A stretch of DNA of 64,000 bases. Origin: Phoronis australis. Taxonomy: Eukaryota > Animalia > Phoronida. The notes below the pieces were generated by a model. The model was given only the letters and a program-made list of their open reading frames with translations, had not been told where the DNA came from and ran no database searches. This document shows, in pieces, positions 1 through 13,200 of this stretch. Every line of letters starts with the position of its first letter. The first letter of the stretch is position 1. The DNA lies in contig NMRA01000578.1 in the NCBI GenBank assembly GCA_002633005.1, positions 7,298 to 71,297 of the forward strand. The letters run 5' to 3'. A program made the translations under genes and the position numbers.

Positions 1-167
1 CCCCCCCCCCTCCCCCCAACTTCCCCCCCCCCCTCCCCCCAACTTCCCCCACCCCCCAACTTGGCCCCCGCCTCCAGCCCCCCTGCGCGCCTCAGATTTG
101 CGCTTTGCACGACTCGTAATTCTCACGAATTTGGACCCCCAATTTTCAAATCCTAGATGAGTCCCTG
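1..167. mobile_element. Right end of a related hAT-type MITE with C-rich tracts
   Basis: Ends ttggaccccc..aaatcctagatgagtccctg, near-identical to the right end at 59750-59788. Confidence 0.65.
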
Positions 168-1134
168 ATGGCATTAAAGATGTATTTGCTTGCTCTTAAC
201 TATGCTAATGTGTAGCAGGAACTAATCAAAATAACTGCTATTTGAACGTCATCTACGCTGAACAAAGTGCACTAATTGTATTCACTGACAACTTGTAAAT
301 GTGAAAACAAAAAAAAAATTTGCCAACAGGTGACTTGCACTAATGACGTACTTTGGGGCTCACATAACCCGCATCATACAGTGTTATTCCCTGACACCAC
401 GTCATGATACTTGCCATTCACGGTTGAGTGATTTATGGCGGATCATTTTCGACACAAAACTCGTTCTTAAATACATTGCAATTTTCAACGTACTCCATAT
501 CCACATTGTCGTTATATTTTGTGTTTCTAATTTGACCAAGCAATCACAGAGATAAGGAGATTCGCGTGCAAGTTCCACTTTAATGTGGTGTCGCTACATA
601 TCTTTCCTGGAAGATATGAGAAAATGAAATTTCACGTGTTGGCTATATCATGTCCTGAATTGGCGAGGATTTACTGTAAGCGATGTCTTGCTGTGTGGAC
701 AAGACGGTGAACTTATATGATTATAGTCTCATACGATGCTTTGCTGAGTTCTTCTCTCTCTGTCTCACTCACGTACGTACCTGTCTCCCTGTTGGGAGAA
801 TACCCCCCTTGGGAGGGTATTCCCATTGATGTTGTATTCTGTTGATGTATAGAGAGTTTTTGTGAAGGAAAATATGAATTTACAGAATCCTGTAATCGTA
901 GTATTCTATATTGCTGATGGGGACCATGAAAGGAACTTGGCAAATTAACGTACGTTTAATGTATGTAATTTCATTTATTCAGTAGTACTCGCCATCGAGT
1001 GTAGGATCGAATACCCCACTTGCGAATGGAATGTTACTTGTGTGGCATTTCAGTGGTGTGTTCTGTCTGGTGTCATCAGAAGTGAGTACAAATAGTTGAA
1101 CACCTATTTCTGATGACGTCTATGACTTCTGTAG

Positions 1135-1299
1135 GATCCACGGTTCGCAGCACGTCTGTAAGTGCACCTCAGAGCTCGGCTACGTCCGCCTGCATGGGAT
1201 GCCCCACAACGTCAGGTACATCACAAGGACAGACTACACCTCTCAGTCATACAGACAGGCAGCTTCCTTCGATCCCTGTTCAATCCGTTGTTGAGGAAG
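1135..1299 (+). CDS. RNF216: RNF216-like, Ser/Thr-rich N-terminal exon
   Basis: ttctgtag acceptor, open frame [13 protein letters not shown]...VVEE, G|GTAGGA donor, phase 1-1 fitting the next exon. Confidence 0.6.
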
Positions 1300-4200
1300 G
1301 TAGGATTTGCCAATTACTACCAAAAGGGTTGGAAAGTGATTATGTCACACCCCTAGCAATTACTCCAAATGGAGACAATTCCCTTGCACTGACATTCTTG
1401 TTCAAACTGGGAAATTCAATAAAACTAGCTCAACAAACGTGAAGCTCATGCCACGCGGTCTTTGAACTATACAAAATTAGTGTATTAACCTCGTGTGCTC
1501 TGAAACTGATGATTTTCCAGTTTGCAACTTTTGACCTGATGTAATTTCCTGTAGAGAAGTTGCAAGGGGGTTAGAACCAAGATGGGGGAATCTCCGAGGC
1601 GACCCCAGCAAGGTGACGTCAGACCTAAACTAGGACAGGCGAGCTGAGTTCCTAACTGCTGCACTCTTAAGGGCTACTTGTGTTTTATAATAGTTCCTTC
1701 TACTTTCAATCAAAAAGATTTTCAGATACTTTTCTGTAAATCATTTTAATATTTTTTGTTTTGAACAATAATCAAAGCTTTACAACCTTAGCTACATCAA
1801 AAAATGACTTTGAACGCAGCATTCTGGACACACCTTCATTTCCAGGCCGCCATTTTACCCGACAAACAACACATTGCCGGGTAAAACTTATTGTTTTTTT
1901 GTCGACATTTCACAAGAGTGCGGAGCTTGCGATTGGTCAATTGCCATACACAGCTCACCGACTACTACACGGCCTGTTAGACTCATTATAAGTGACTTTT
2001 GTAAGTCTGGTACTGTGTTTTAGCAAGTGAGCCATGTTTATAAGTGGAGGAACTGTGCAAATGAGTGCGACAAGCCCCGAAGGAAGAATGGAGCATCATA
2101 ACATGGTGTCTGTTGTTTGAGGAATAGTTTCGTAACTTACTGTGTGATATTCACTTACAGAAGTCCCGCACTTTGAGAACCAGAGTTTTCTCCACTGAAT
2201 AATGAACATCAAACTGGTTTCGGGACCCCTGTAAATAGTCATTGCCAGTTGCTGAGTGTACTGGCTGAAATGAGGGTGATTTCTTAACTGTTCATAATAT
2301 ATGATCAATAGCCTGTTAAATAAGTGTCTGCAGTGGATCTGATATTTATGCTTCGTATTTGCTGATTGTCAAGCTTTCGCAGCTGAATGCAATTATTGTA
2401 TTTGTTAGGAGTACTCAACTTGTGTTACTTTTAAAAACCTTAAGGTGATTTCAATTTAGTAGACAAGTTAATTTCACCGTAAAAGTTGGTATCTTAGCTT
2501 TTGATTTCGACCTCGTACTATTAGTGGGACTGGTCTGAACTGGTTCTTTACTCATCAGGTCTGGGCTAGGCAACAAGTGATGGTCCATTATTGCTTGGGT
2601 CCAAAATCATGATCATTCGTGCCAAGTATGCTTACCAAAGCAGTTAGTTCCTCCCAAGACTTTAAACGATTTCGTATTTCAATCACTAAATAAAAGTATG
2701 AAGTAGAGACTAGTTTTATACAGTTGTAAATCAGGCATTACTTTTTTGACAGGTTTGTCTGCAGTTTTAAAGTTTTAAGTTGTCATGGTGGCATTTCAGG
2801 AACTCCTGGTGCATCTTCATTAGTTCCTCAAAGAACAGTTCCATCTGTTTGTCAAGCTGCCAGTTCCGCTATGGCACGGACCATAGTATCCTCTGTGCCT
2901 CTGATGCAAGCTGTACCATGCATTTCATCATCAAGCAAACCTACAGTGCCATCTTCAGTTAGTTCTGTGCCATCCCACCCAAAACAGGGCATTCCATTGG
3001 CCGGGAACAGCTCAGTTGTGACCAGCCAACCAAGTTGGAGACCACCAGTGGAGAATCCTTTATTTTTCAGTGATGGAGGTATGGATTTTAACTCAAGTGT
3101 TTGAAGTGTGTGATAGATTTCTTCAATTTGGGATAGTTTTTAATGTTTCTGGAGCCATAATCAACTAGTTAGGTCAGCCAACTAGTTAGGTATGTACCTT
3201 ACGTGGATGACAACCAACCAGTTGCAAAGCACATCACCTGGTGGTATCCACATTGTGCAGAAGTAATTAAACAACTAGAATATTGGTTGTTCCATCCGGA
3301 GGTGAAAAGCACAATGATCAGGCAAAGGCTGCATGTTAGTTGGTTGCAGTGAGTTGGGATTAGCTGGTTGACACCCAAAACCAATGGCTGGATTACCTGG
3401 TGTTCCAACTGTGAAACTAGGAGACACCTAGTAAGTTGGAGGTGCCCCACCTGGTGGTCAAACGATCAAAGGGACAGACAGTTACTGCGTTGGAATTAGT
3501 TTGTTGACATCCAACATCCAATAGCTGCTTCACCTGGTGGTCAAATGGTAAAATGAGTCGAAGAGAGAGACAGCTGGTGAATTAACAGATTCAATATTTG
3601 CACAAAGAAACGCATCATGAGTCTATGTTCTCAAACCCTTATGGTGAACGAACGGGCGAAAAGCAATGTACACACTTTATTCCGAGAGGTAATTTGATCA
3701 ACTGAACAAAGGAGCTGGTGCTAACAAGTCATCACTTGTTCGAAAACTGCAGATGAAGTTATTCAATTAAGAGTAAACGCTACCCATTGGTGGTTATGTT
3801 GATAATAAGAAGTTAGCGGATAATGCAAAATTCCCAATCTTGTTGCTGTCTTTGTTCAAATTTAAAGACCTCATAATCCCCGCTCCACATAAATGCGTCA
3901 TACACATTGTTATTAAAACTAGTGCGACCTTCATACAACAGCGATTTTGGATTCCTCAAAATAGACAAAGTTCACACTGTCATTTGTCGGAGAATTACAG
4001 GATTGTCGTATGGCACATCTGATCCTCATCTGCTGCCGGTGGATAACATTCATGATGCCACTAACTTTGAAATAAGTGGTGTTAACTTTTCTGGAGACAT
4101 GTTTGTGAGATAGCCACAGGTACAAAATGCAAAAGAACATGTTTGCTTTTTTACTTGTGCTACCACCCATGCCATTCATTCGGAATATGTAGAAGACATG

Positions 4201-7200
4201 TCAGTCTGGTCATTTCTGCAGATGTTTAATTTTGCTAATCGTCCTTCCTTGCCACGAATCATGCTGTATGACAATGGTTCTAAGTTTCACGGATCTGTTC
4301 CAGAAATACAACAAATTAGCAGTCAGGTGACATTCAAAATTATCTTATTGAATTATGACTTGTCAAGAAATCATGTTACCTAGCCGGGAACTGGGGCATA
4401 GAGGTCAATACAGAAGAACTGCATACACATACTGACTGGAGTCAAGAACGTTATGATTATCAATAGGGTAATAACATATTATATCTTTAATGAATAAATG
4501 ACATTGAGCCATTGACTCCATCGCACCTCATCTATGGACGTGAATTACGTGGCCTCCTATGTTTGAATGCGTTGACAAAGATAAACTCTCTCATCCAGAC
4601 TATAATTCAACTGCAGTTTGATAAATATATAGGAAGCACTCTCACACACTACATTGTTTTGCAAAATGATGGAAACATGAATGCTTGAACACTACTCCAC
4701 TACAAGGAATCTGGCACCACCCAGAAAGTTCAACGAGGAGACATTGTGTTAATTCAGGGAGCCGATGCCCCACATTTGCTGTGGCCACTTGGCAAAATAG
4801 AACTGTTGCATTCACTGCAATGATGGACAGGCACTAAAGGACGAAAATAGTTATCGCAAATCATCCAGTAACCAAACTACATTCATTAGAAACATCCAAG
4901 TAATCATGGATTATCTGCAAGCTCTGACCTAGGAACCAATACTGGCCTTCTAGCTCAGTGTTTACTATTATACTTGTTGTATTTTACTTTAACTTTATCC
5001 TTTCTGTTGTTGGTAGTGGTATATTTTTCAGCTTGCTGTGGTTGGGCATTCATGCCTTAGCCTACTAGTAATTGATTGGATATGTGTTTATCTCCACTGG
5101 TTGTGTGGGCTGCTCTTCTTTTGATTTTACGGCTTGTTTACACGTTAACATTCATGTGCTTGTTTTTGAGGCTGTGGGAAGTAGTTGCACCCACATTTAT
5201 TGATATTCTGTCTGTGAATTTACTTTCGTCTTTGCTTTCACTTTTAGTGTTTAATTACCTTTAGTTAGTATCAGTATTTTATTGTGTCAGTGAGTGCTCT
5301 TGCTATGCAATTTAATCCCTTATCAACCTGCCCAAGCTAGCCCATTGTAATGGGACCCTAACTACATGCTCATTAACTATGTGTTCACAAACATTGTGTG
5401 GGTTGGTCAACTTCTTGTCTAATTCTCACTCATATGTTTTCCATAGTGCCATGTGGTTACTGACAGAGTTGAACTGTTTCCCTCAATGATGAATTAAAAG
5501 GTGATTGACACTCCTGAAATAGCCCCACAGTTTATTTGTGATACAGTTATGTAACTCTATGCAATGAGTGGTTGCTGTCCCCAGCAGGCTCTCTCTGGGT
5601 TGGTTTACTGCACCACAGTGCTGTAGAGTTTCACAGCATGAGTTGCTTTACATACCTGGTAACTCCAGGAATTCACAGCACATATGCTACTTTGCAGACC
5701 TGGTAATTCAGTTAACTTTATGGTTGTATCAGGTCTTCACAGTGTAATTGGGTTTAAACTTTTTCAGTTGAATTGCATGTTACGGTTTGTTTTGTATTAC
5801 ATTCTTTGTTTGTCTATTTGTTCTGCCATGTTGTAGAATAACTAAGCTAACTGGTGGCCATTTCTTTGTTACATGACAATGGACTGAATTGACATCCTCA
5901 AAATGCCCATTCCTGTATCAGGCATCTGCTTCATATAATTTGTTCCTGTTATGTAGATTTACTATGAATCAATTCTTTCAGATCTTACCAGTAAGCGATT
6001 TTATTTTTACATTGCCTGTAAAGCCCCATGTCACATTTTTGCCCTTTCAAATGACAGCTAGCATAGCCGATAGAAGGATCAAGGTTAAATTAGGGCCTGT
6101 CTATGTATTTTTTGCAGACATTACAGAAGACTGGATTTTACAACAACTGATAGACATTGAGAGAGTGTATGCAGAAAAATCCAAAGCAGCGAATGCTTTT
6201 GAGGGTTCCAGCAGTGTGAGTAGCAATGAAGCATTGCCTCCACGAGGAAGATCTCTGACGGTTGATCCTGAGGATGTTATCGTTATTTCAGACACGCCAT
6301 CTGTTGGCATCGTAGCAAATTCAGAGACGGTTTGTTCTGCAACCGGTACAATCTCTGCACCAGAAATTATAGATCTAGTAGAAGAGAGTGGCACGCTTGA
6401 AGCTCTTGACCCTCCGGCGTCTTTCAACGCGCTCGGTGCCACAGCTAGAGCAAGTAGTGTGAATTTACCCCTTGCTGGTCCCAAAGAAATGAGGAACGAG
6501 GTCACTAGTGAAACACCAGTTGATGCCAGCAGGCGTCCTCCTACTCCAGCTGAAGTTGCTGAATTATTGCTTGATCAAGAATGTGACCAAATTGTAAGTA
6601 CTGGGTGGTTACCAGTTACCACATATTTTTTTTTGTACAGCAGAGGGGAGATATTGTAGTATTTTCACTCATAAAGCTGGGATACTTAATGTTCACTCGG
6701 ATGCACATGTGCTGCCTGTATTCTGTACAATCATGTTACACTAGTCGATAGTAGCAGAATGGGGAGTGGATTTTTTTAGAAACATTACAACTCAAGCACC
6801 TGTGGTTTGATTTTGCATTGGATGCTTTTGCACTTAATCAGTATATTTTATTTCAAGGTCATCCTTTTGTTGGAATGTCTTAACCCTTAATTGTTTCATG
6901 TCGTAAAGAAAATACAGGCGTTAATAAAATTGGAAAAATTTTACACTGTGGTCCCGCCAACTTGGAAATTTGATGCCATGTCAGGTGTCGGTTTTACAGA
7001 AATTATTTTATTTATTGTGATTGGAACTATAGTAATGATGTTGCCTACTTTTGATTTAGAATTTCATTTTGATTTTGAATTTCTTATTAAATTTATTCCC
7101 TAAAAATTGAAAGGATTCAAATAATTGTTTTTCGTTTTTGTTTTTGTGAATAACCATGAAAACCACTTCATTCTCTTTCTTAGCTTATGATGTTCCCCGA

Positions 7201-10200
7201 TGCCAGTGAACACTTTGTGAGGGATAAACTGAGTAATACAGTTGGCAAGAGCGAGATCAGAATTAATCACGTGTGTAACTATCTACTGGAGAATAAATAT
7301 CCAAAGAAGTCTGATGTTATCCATGAGACTGAGGTAGGTTGGGAATACTACTCATTTGGCCAGTTCATAAGCTGTGATAGCACTGTTGGAACTCATTGAC
7401 CTAATTTCCAGAGCATCTAGTGTTTCTGTGTACAGATTGTAGGAAGTCATTAATGATACACTGTGCATCCACTGATAATAAACTGGTAATGGTCACTTGC
7501 AGTGTTTGAGAACCAGTTTTCTCCACCAAATAACTGGCATCAAACTGGTTCTCAAAATCTTTGGCCTCTCTAAGTGTCTACTGCCATTACACTATCTGCC
7601 CAGTTTGTCAACTTCTTTGTGTCTGCTTTGCAACTCACAATGCAGCGGAAATCTTTTTGCCTGTGTAATATGAATTGTACCGACCAGGGCAGCCATGAAG
7701 TTGCCACTTCAAAAGAATGCTGACAGTGGTAAATATTGCTGAATACTGAATGGCGATGTGATTATTTGGGATGGGTTTATGATATCTGCATAATGTTTTC
7801 AAGTAGTAAGACATATTTTATAAAAATCCTTGATGATCGCAAAAAATATATTCTGTGGGCATGTAAAATGTCCTTAAATTAGAGGTCAAGTAGTTCTATT
7901 TTTCCATAATAACCATGCTGTTTCTTACAGCTGTACCGTCCATAGCTGCGAAAATTTTTTGCATTAAGAAGAGAATTTCTGGGATTTTATTTTGAGGTTT
8001 CATAGCCAAATTTTTCATGGAATGTTGAAGTCATCATTATCGACAGTCAAATTCTTTGTTTAACTTGCTTAAAACAAAATGTCATATACTCTTTTAAAGG
8101 TTAAAAAATAACTATCAAAACAGAGCTTGCTAAATAGGTCCAAAAATGTTTACATCTGAGCACGTTATGGCAATTTCAGTGAAAAGTCACAATTTAAAAA
8201 ACATACCGGCATCATTTCCATTACTTGACAATTGTATGCTTCTGTGGTGAAGAATTTGAAAGTTTTTTGAAGAACTTTGACTCTTTTTAATGAAGTTTCT
8301 ATGTGCTACAAAAGGTTCTTTTCATGTTGAAGGTGATTCCCTTTGGCCACCTTGTGTGTAGTAGAGCACCTTAATCTTCTTGCTCTGTTCACACCAGGTG
8401 GCAGCTGAGGTCATTGTATCAGTCATGACCATTTGTTCTTGTGGGACACATTTGTAATGTATCCAGATCAAGCTACAGTTTCAGATGATTGACTTGAAAT
8501 TTACATCTGACATACATATGATGTGATGTTAAATTCAATGTTAGCTTCTTCTTGATAAGAATTATTTAGAGCAGAGCTTTTCTCTTAATAAAAAATACTT
8601 GCTGGCAGTCTTGTGCACATTGTACCAGACGTGCACAGGCCTCACATGAGAGCCCATTGCACTGATTATGGAAGTATTTTTATGTTTTATTGATATGTGG
8701 TTAAAACTGAGGTGAGGAGCTAGAAACCTGGCTCAAGGGTTTAGCAGTGTGACCTGGTGGGACTTGAACCCACGACTTCGTGTAAAGAAAGCAGGCACTT
8801 ATCAACCAGGCCACACTGCCTCCTCTAAAGAGCTTTTCTCGTACTCAGCGATAGAGATCTCGGACAGTTTTTCATAAATCCATGATATTGTATTAAGTAC
8901 TTTTGGAAAGAAATAAATCAAAACCATGAACCTCGACACCTATGTAGTTTAGATTCCAACTGTGCATTTTGTGGTCAGTTGTATGACACTCTACCTTACT
9001 GTCATTATCAGCAGGTGTTGCTGCCAAAGACTAGTAGCTCGACTTATGCGTGTAACTACTTCTCAGAGGACGCTGTGCCCACTCACAGAGGACGCCTGTA
9101 CAGAATGGCTGCGGAGAGCCTGTTGGCGAACGCTTTCCCCAAAGTGAGTTTACTTACCAGACATCACAGAACTGTCATAGTATGATAAAGTGCCCGCACA
9201 GTGACACTTCTACAAGACTCGGTGCTCATTTTGCAATTGGCTAAATAGCTACGAAACTTGGGAATTATTATCTCAATCACATTCAAGATCTCGCAATAAA
9301 AATCTGCAACTTGGTACATAAATAATTGTTAGAATTGATCTTTTTTCCCTGTTTTAGAGGCTTTTTACATCTCAGAAAACACTCAAAATTTTATTAAATG
9401 TCGTTTGTTTACAGCTGGGGTCTGTTTCACTTAAATGTCATAACTGCACAACACCTTTGCACAGAGTCTAACTTGAGATTAACGTTTAAATGTAAAATTA
9501 AAATCACAAAACTGTGTGTGCTTTTCTCAGTATAATCTGGCTTTGTTCCAATTCACTGAAACAACCGCAGGTGATAGTTACCTACGATCATTTCTGAACA
9601 CATGGCTGGCACATCTAAAATTAATTATAGCTTGTAAATATTTCCCCTCTTTGTATAAATTAAATTGTAAAGTTTATAGCTTTTCAAGTGTAGCTCGGGG
9701 CTTTGCAGTCATGAGTAGAGGTGTTTCAATTTAGCTCTGATCTGTGCTTGAGTCCATTTAAAAAGAAAAGTGCCTGTAATACCTGTGATACCTGTCACGG
9801 ACAGGATCATTGGGGATATGCTGGTGCATTAATCCCCTCCCCAGACCATACCCGTGACAGCAGAAGGGGCAGAACTCCAGTGCCTTGTTTTACTATTTGC
9901 TGCAGTGCCTTTTACGTTCTTTTTTCAGATCTCCATGACTGATTTGAGACGGGTGTTAAACGTATTCGGTGGGAACTATGCTCTATCGTGGAAGTGTATT
10001 ACAGATTTCATGGAATCACAAAATTATGGTGAAACACTTTTATTGTCTTAACGATATCTCGAACCTTATTCACAAAAATTGGCCATTTTTACAATATGTC
10101 ACAGATGTCTTAATCTTCATTCTCTGGGAACTTCTTAATACGAAAATATATACCATGAAAAAAGATTTAGCAGAACCATCTCTCTGGCCTTAACAGGGTG

Positions 10201-13200
10201 GAAATTTGTTTATTTCGTATCCAAGGTCAAAGGTTATAGAGCTGTCGCTTAAATCGAATCTCCTGCTTGGCTTATACATTTTCCCACAATTCAGTCCTTT
10301 CAATCCATTTAGTCGTCATATGATTGAGTTATTGAAGTGTACCTGGCATGCAAAGATCCCACGGAAAACGAAGGCACCATGTATTTTTGAACCTGAGTGA
10401 GTTGCACCGAGTCGCTGCACGGTGTCCGCCATATCACACAGCAGGTTTTGAAAAAGGAAAAATCTTCACCCAAATTCATTCATTGGATTGGCAATCTGAC
10501 GTTTCGCTCACGGCATGCTTGAACCACAGATACTCGATTTGTATTCGACATTTTGTGCTTGGTTGTTTTCAATCTCCCTAGCATGTGTTGTGCACTAAAA
10601 GTATTTTTGACCTATTTTAATAGGTCAAGAGGTAGACTTTTCCCCTAACCAGGTTTCACTCTATTCATTGTCAACCGACTTCACAGAATTAGTGATAATT
10701 AAGTTAATTATGCACTGCCAATTCACTTGACATTATGAGTGGAAATTCAAATAGAAGTAATAATTGCATTTTGGTTATATTTCTTAGCTTCGGCAAATCG
10801 ACTTGATTTGAACTTAGGAACTCGTCAAGTTCTCGAAAACGACTCGATAAATTTCACTGAAACTTTCCAATTTTGATATTTATTCGCCAGTGTTAAAACG
10901 CTGTTAGGATTTTCCTTGTAAACGCTTAGTTTTTGCGTACAATAACATAGACGAATACGACTGCTATTTATTACAAAATACCTAATTGTTTGAGAGTTAA
11001 TTTGGCATAGAAATAAATCAAATCAGTAATAGAAAATTCCTATTAGTGTTTTTTATGTAAATTGTGAAGTTTTCATTTAAAAAGTGTTTCATTAAAATCG
11101 CCCATTTTTTGCTATGAATAAACCTTTCTTAAAAATGAAATTTTGACTTAAAAATGGTGGTATCTTAACAGTTATATTATGGCACATCAATATAAAACAT
11201 ATTTTTTAATACCTGGTCTTTTTCTTTCCGAAAATATGTACTACTGGTTGACGCCACACACTCTGTGAAATGAAATGATTCAGTTGTGTATTTTTTTAAG
11301 TCATAGTGAACTTATAATCAAAACACTGCATGCGTCTAATTGTGTAACTTATAAGCGCATACACCTGTATGCGGCACATAGGAATGAAAATTTTACAGAA
11401 AAAAACGCATTGTTCTGCATATAGCAGGGCTTGGAATTTTTCTCTTAAGAGGAATCCCTCTTTATTAGTTTCAATTTCCTTTTATTTAATGTCTTGTTTC
11501 CTCTTTTTTCGTGGTCTCTTTTTATCATTGTTTTGACTTTAGTCATGCAAATCGTATATTTCAGTTAGCTTTTACAATACATCATAAAAAGTTTATTGCA
11601 CAAGTTTAGTTTATTTTTGTAACGACACATCACCTGAAAAAATTTCCTCTTTTTTGTCATTGGTCATTCCAAGCCCTGATACAGGTGTCTTAGCGTATTT
11701 GCGAGTTTATACTATAACATTTTTTGTGCGCTGGGTTTCGTATATCATAGATTCAGTCATTGCATATATAAGTACTTAGCACTAGCTGTTCAAATAATGC
11801 ATTCTTTTTCTTGTAGTTTTCGGCAAACATTCATAATGAAACTTTGGGAATGTTCAGTCCAAAAATAATTACCATACAAATGGGCTTTAGAAAAGGAGTT
11901 TGACTCTTACTAGGAATTGGGTACCACTTCAACGTTTCAGAACCGCATCATATGTGAATAGTATATAGTGATATCTGGTTTTCATTTCAGTCCCCTCAGT
12001 AAACGGTGTGTATGTTTTGTGCATCAAAAGGACGAAAGGTTAGTCGATTTCTGATCTTTTAATGTTGTTACCTTTGTGAAATAATAGTATTAAATTTTAT
12101 ACAGTGGTGCCCTGTTAATGTCATACCATCAGTTTGGATATAAATTATGATAACATGTGGAATATTTCGTAGCACCCTCCAAAATTAGCCAGATTTGGCA
12201 AATGTTGGAACATCACGTCTCTAAATAAGGTTGAAGATAACCTTAAAAAAAATTTGGCCATGTTGTTGATACTGCGGTTTTGCTATCAATGCACTTAACT
12301 TTTTACTAAAATTTACTGAAAATACAAATTGTCATGTGACCCAATTAATGGCAGATTGCTTAAAAAAGTCAAACATCAAATTCTCCAGGCTTACTACTTT
12401 CAGAAAATAATACAGTATTTCGCGTAATACGTAATTCTTAAGCTGATTCCAACATGACGGTGATCATTCTAAGTGAAGAGTCTGAGTGTAAGACAGCTAA
12501 ACGGGAAATGACCAACATTTAAACTGGCGCCGAGCTCCCATAAGGCAGTTGAATTGAAGATGAATTGGGTTGGTTTTTAGATAGAAAAGCAATTAAGGAA
12601 CATAATTATGCAAAAAGCGGGTTAGACACACTGATGTTTCTGTGTGTGCTCATTAGAAGGAAGTTATTTTATCGCCGTCGTATTTTACAAATCCAACAAT
12701 GATACGTTACTTTGTTAAAATTCTTCAGTTTAAGGCCAAGTATTGTGGAATTTCAATTATACTTCAAAAGAAAAGGAAATTTCAAGAATTTACTACCTTT
12801 GAAAATAGAACAATGGCAAATTTTGGCTATTAATTTTGTCCTTTGCTGAAGAATTTTTACTCTGCAGCTATTAATTTGGATTTAATTTAACTTGACCTGT
12901 GAAAGTTGTGGAGTCTTGGAATCCCTTTACTTTTAAATTACATCTTTGGCAGGTACACCAAAAACCATCAATCTAAGGCTACTAAAAGGCCACCGCCAAA
13001 AGATTCCTTTTGTGAACACTTGTCCAGAGTTAAAGGCCGAAGTAGAGTTTGTGGAGAACTATGTGAGGAACAGAAAGGAGGTACGTTGACATGTGTGCCA
13101 GAACTAACTGACTTTAAAGGGCATCAAATGTGGATTGATCAAATATAATAAAATAGATAGTACGTCACGAAGTAAACCAAACAGTTGTAAGTCTCTTAAG

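Noticed and set aside
2024-2120. Possible extra RNF216 exon
   Set aside because: Stop codon in the required phase and no convincing donor.
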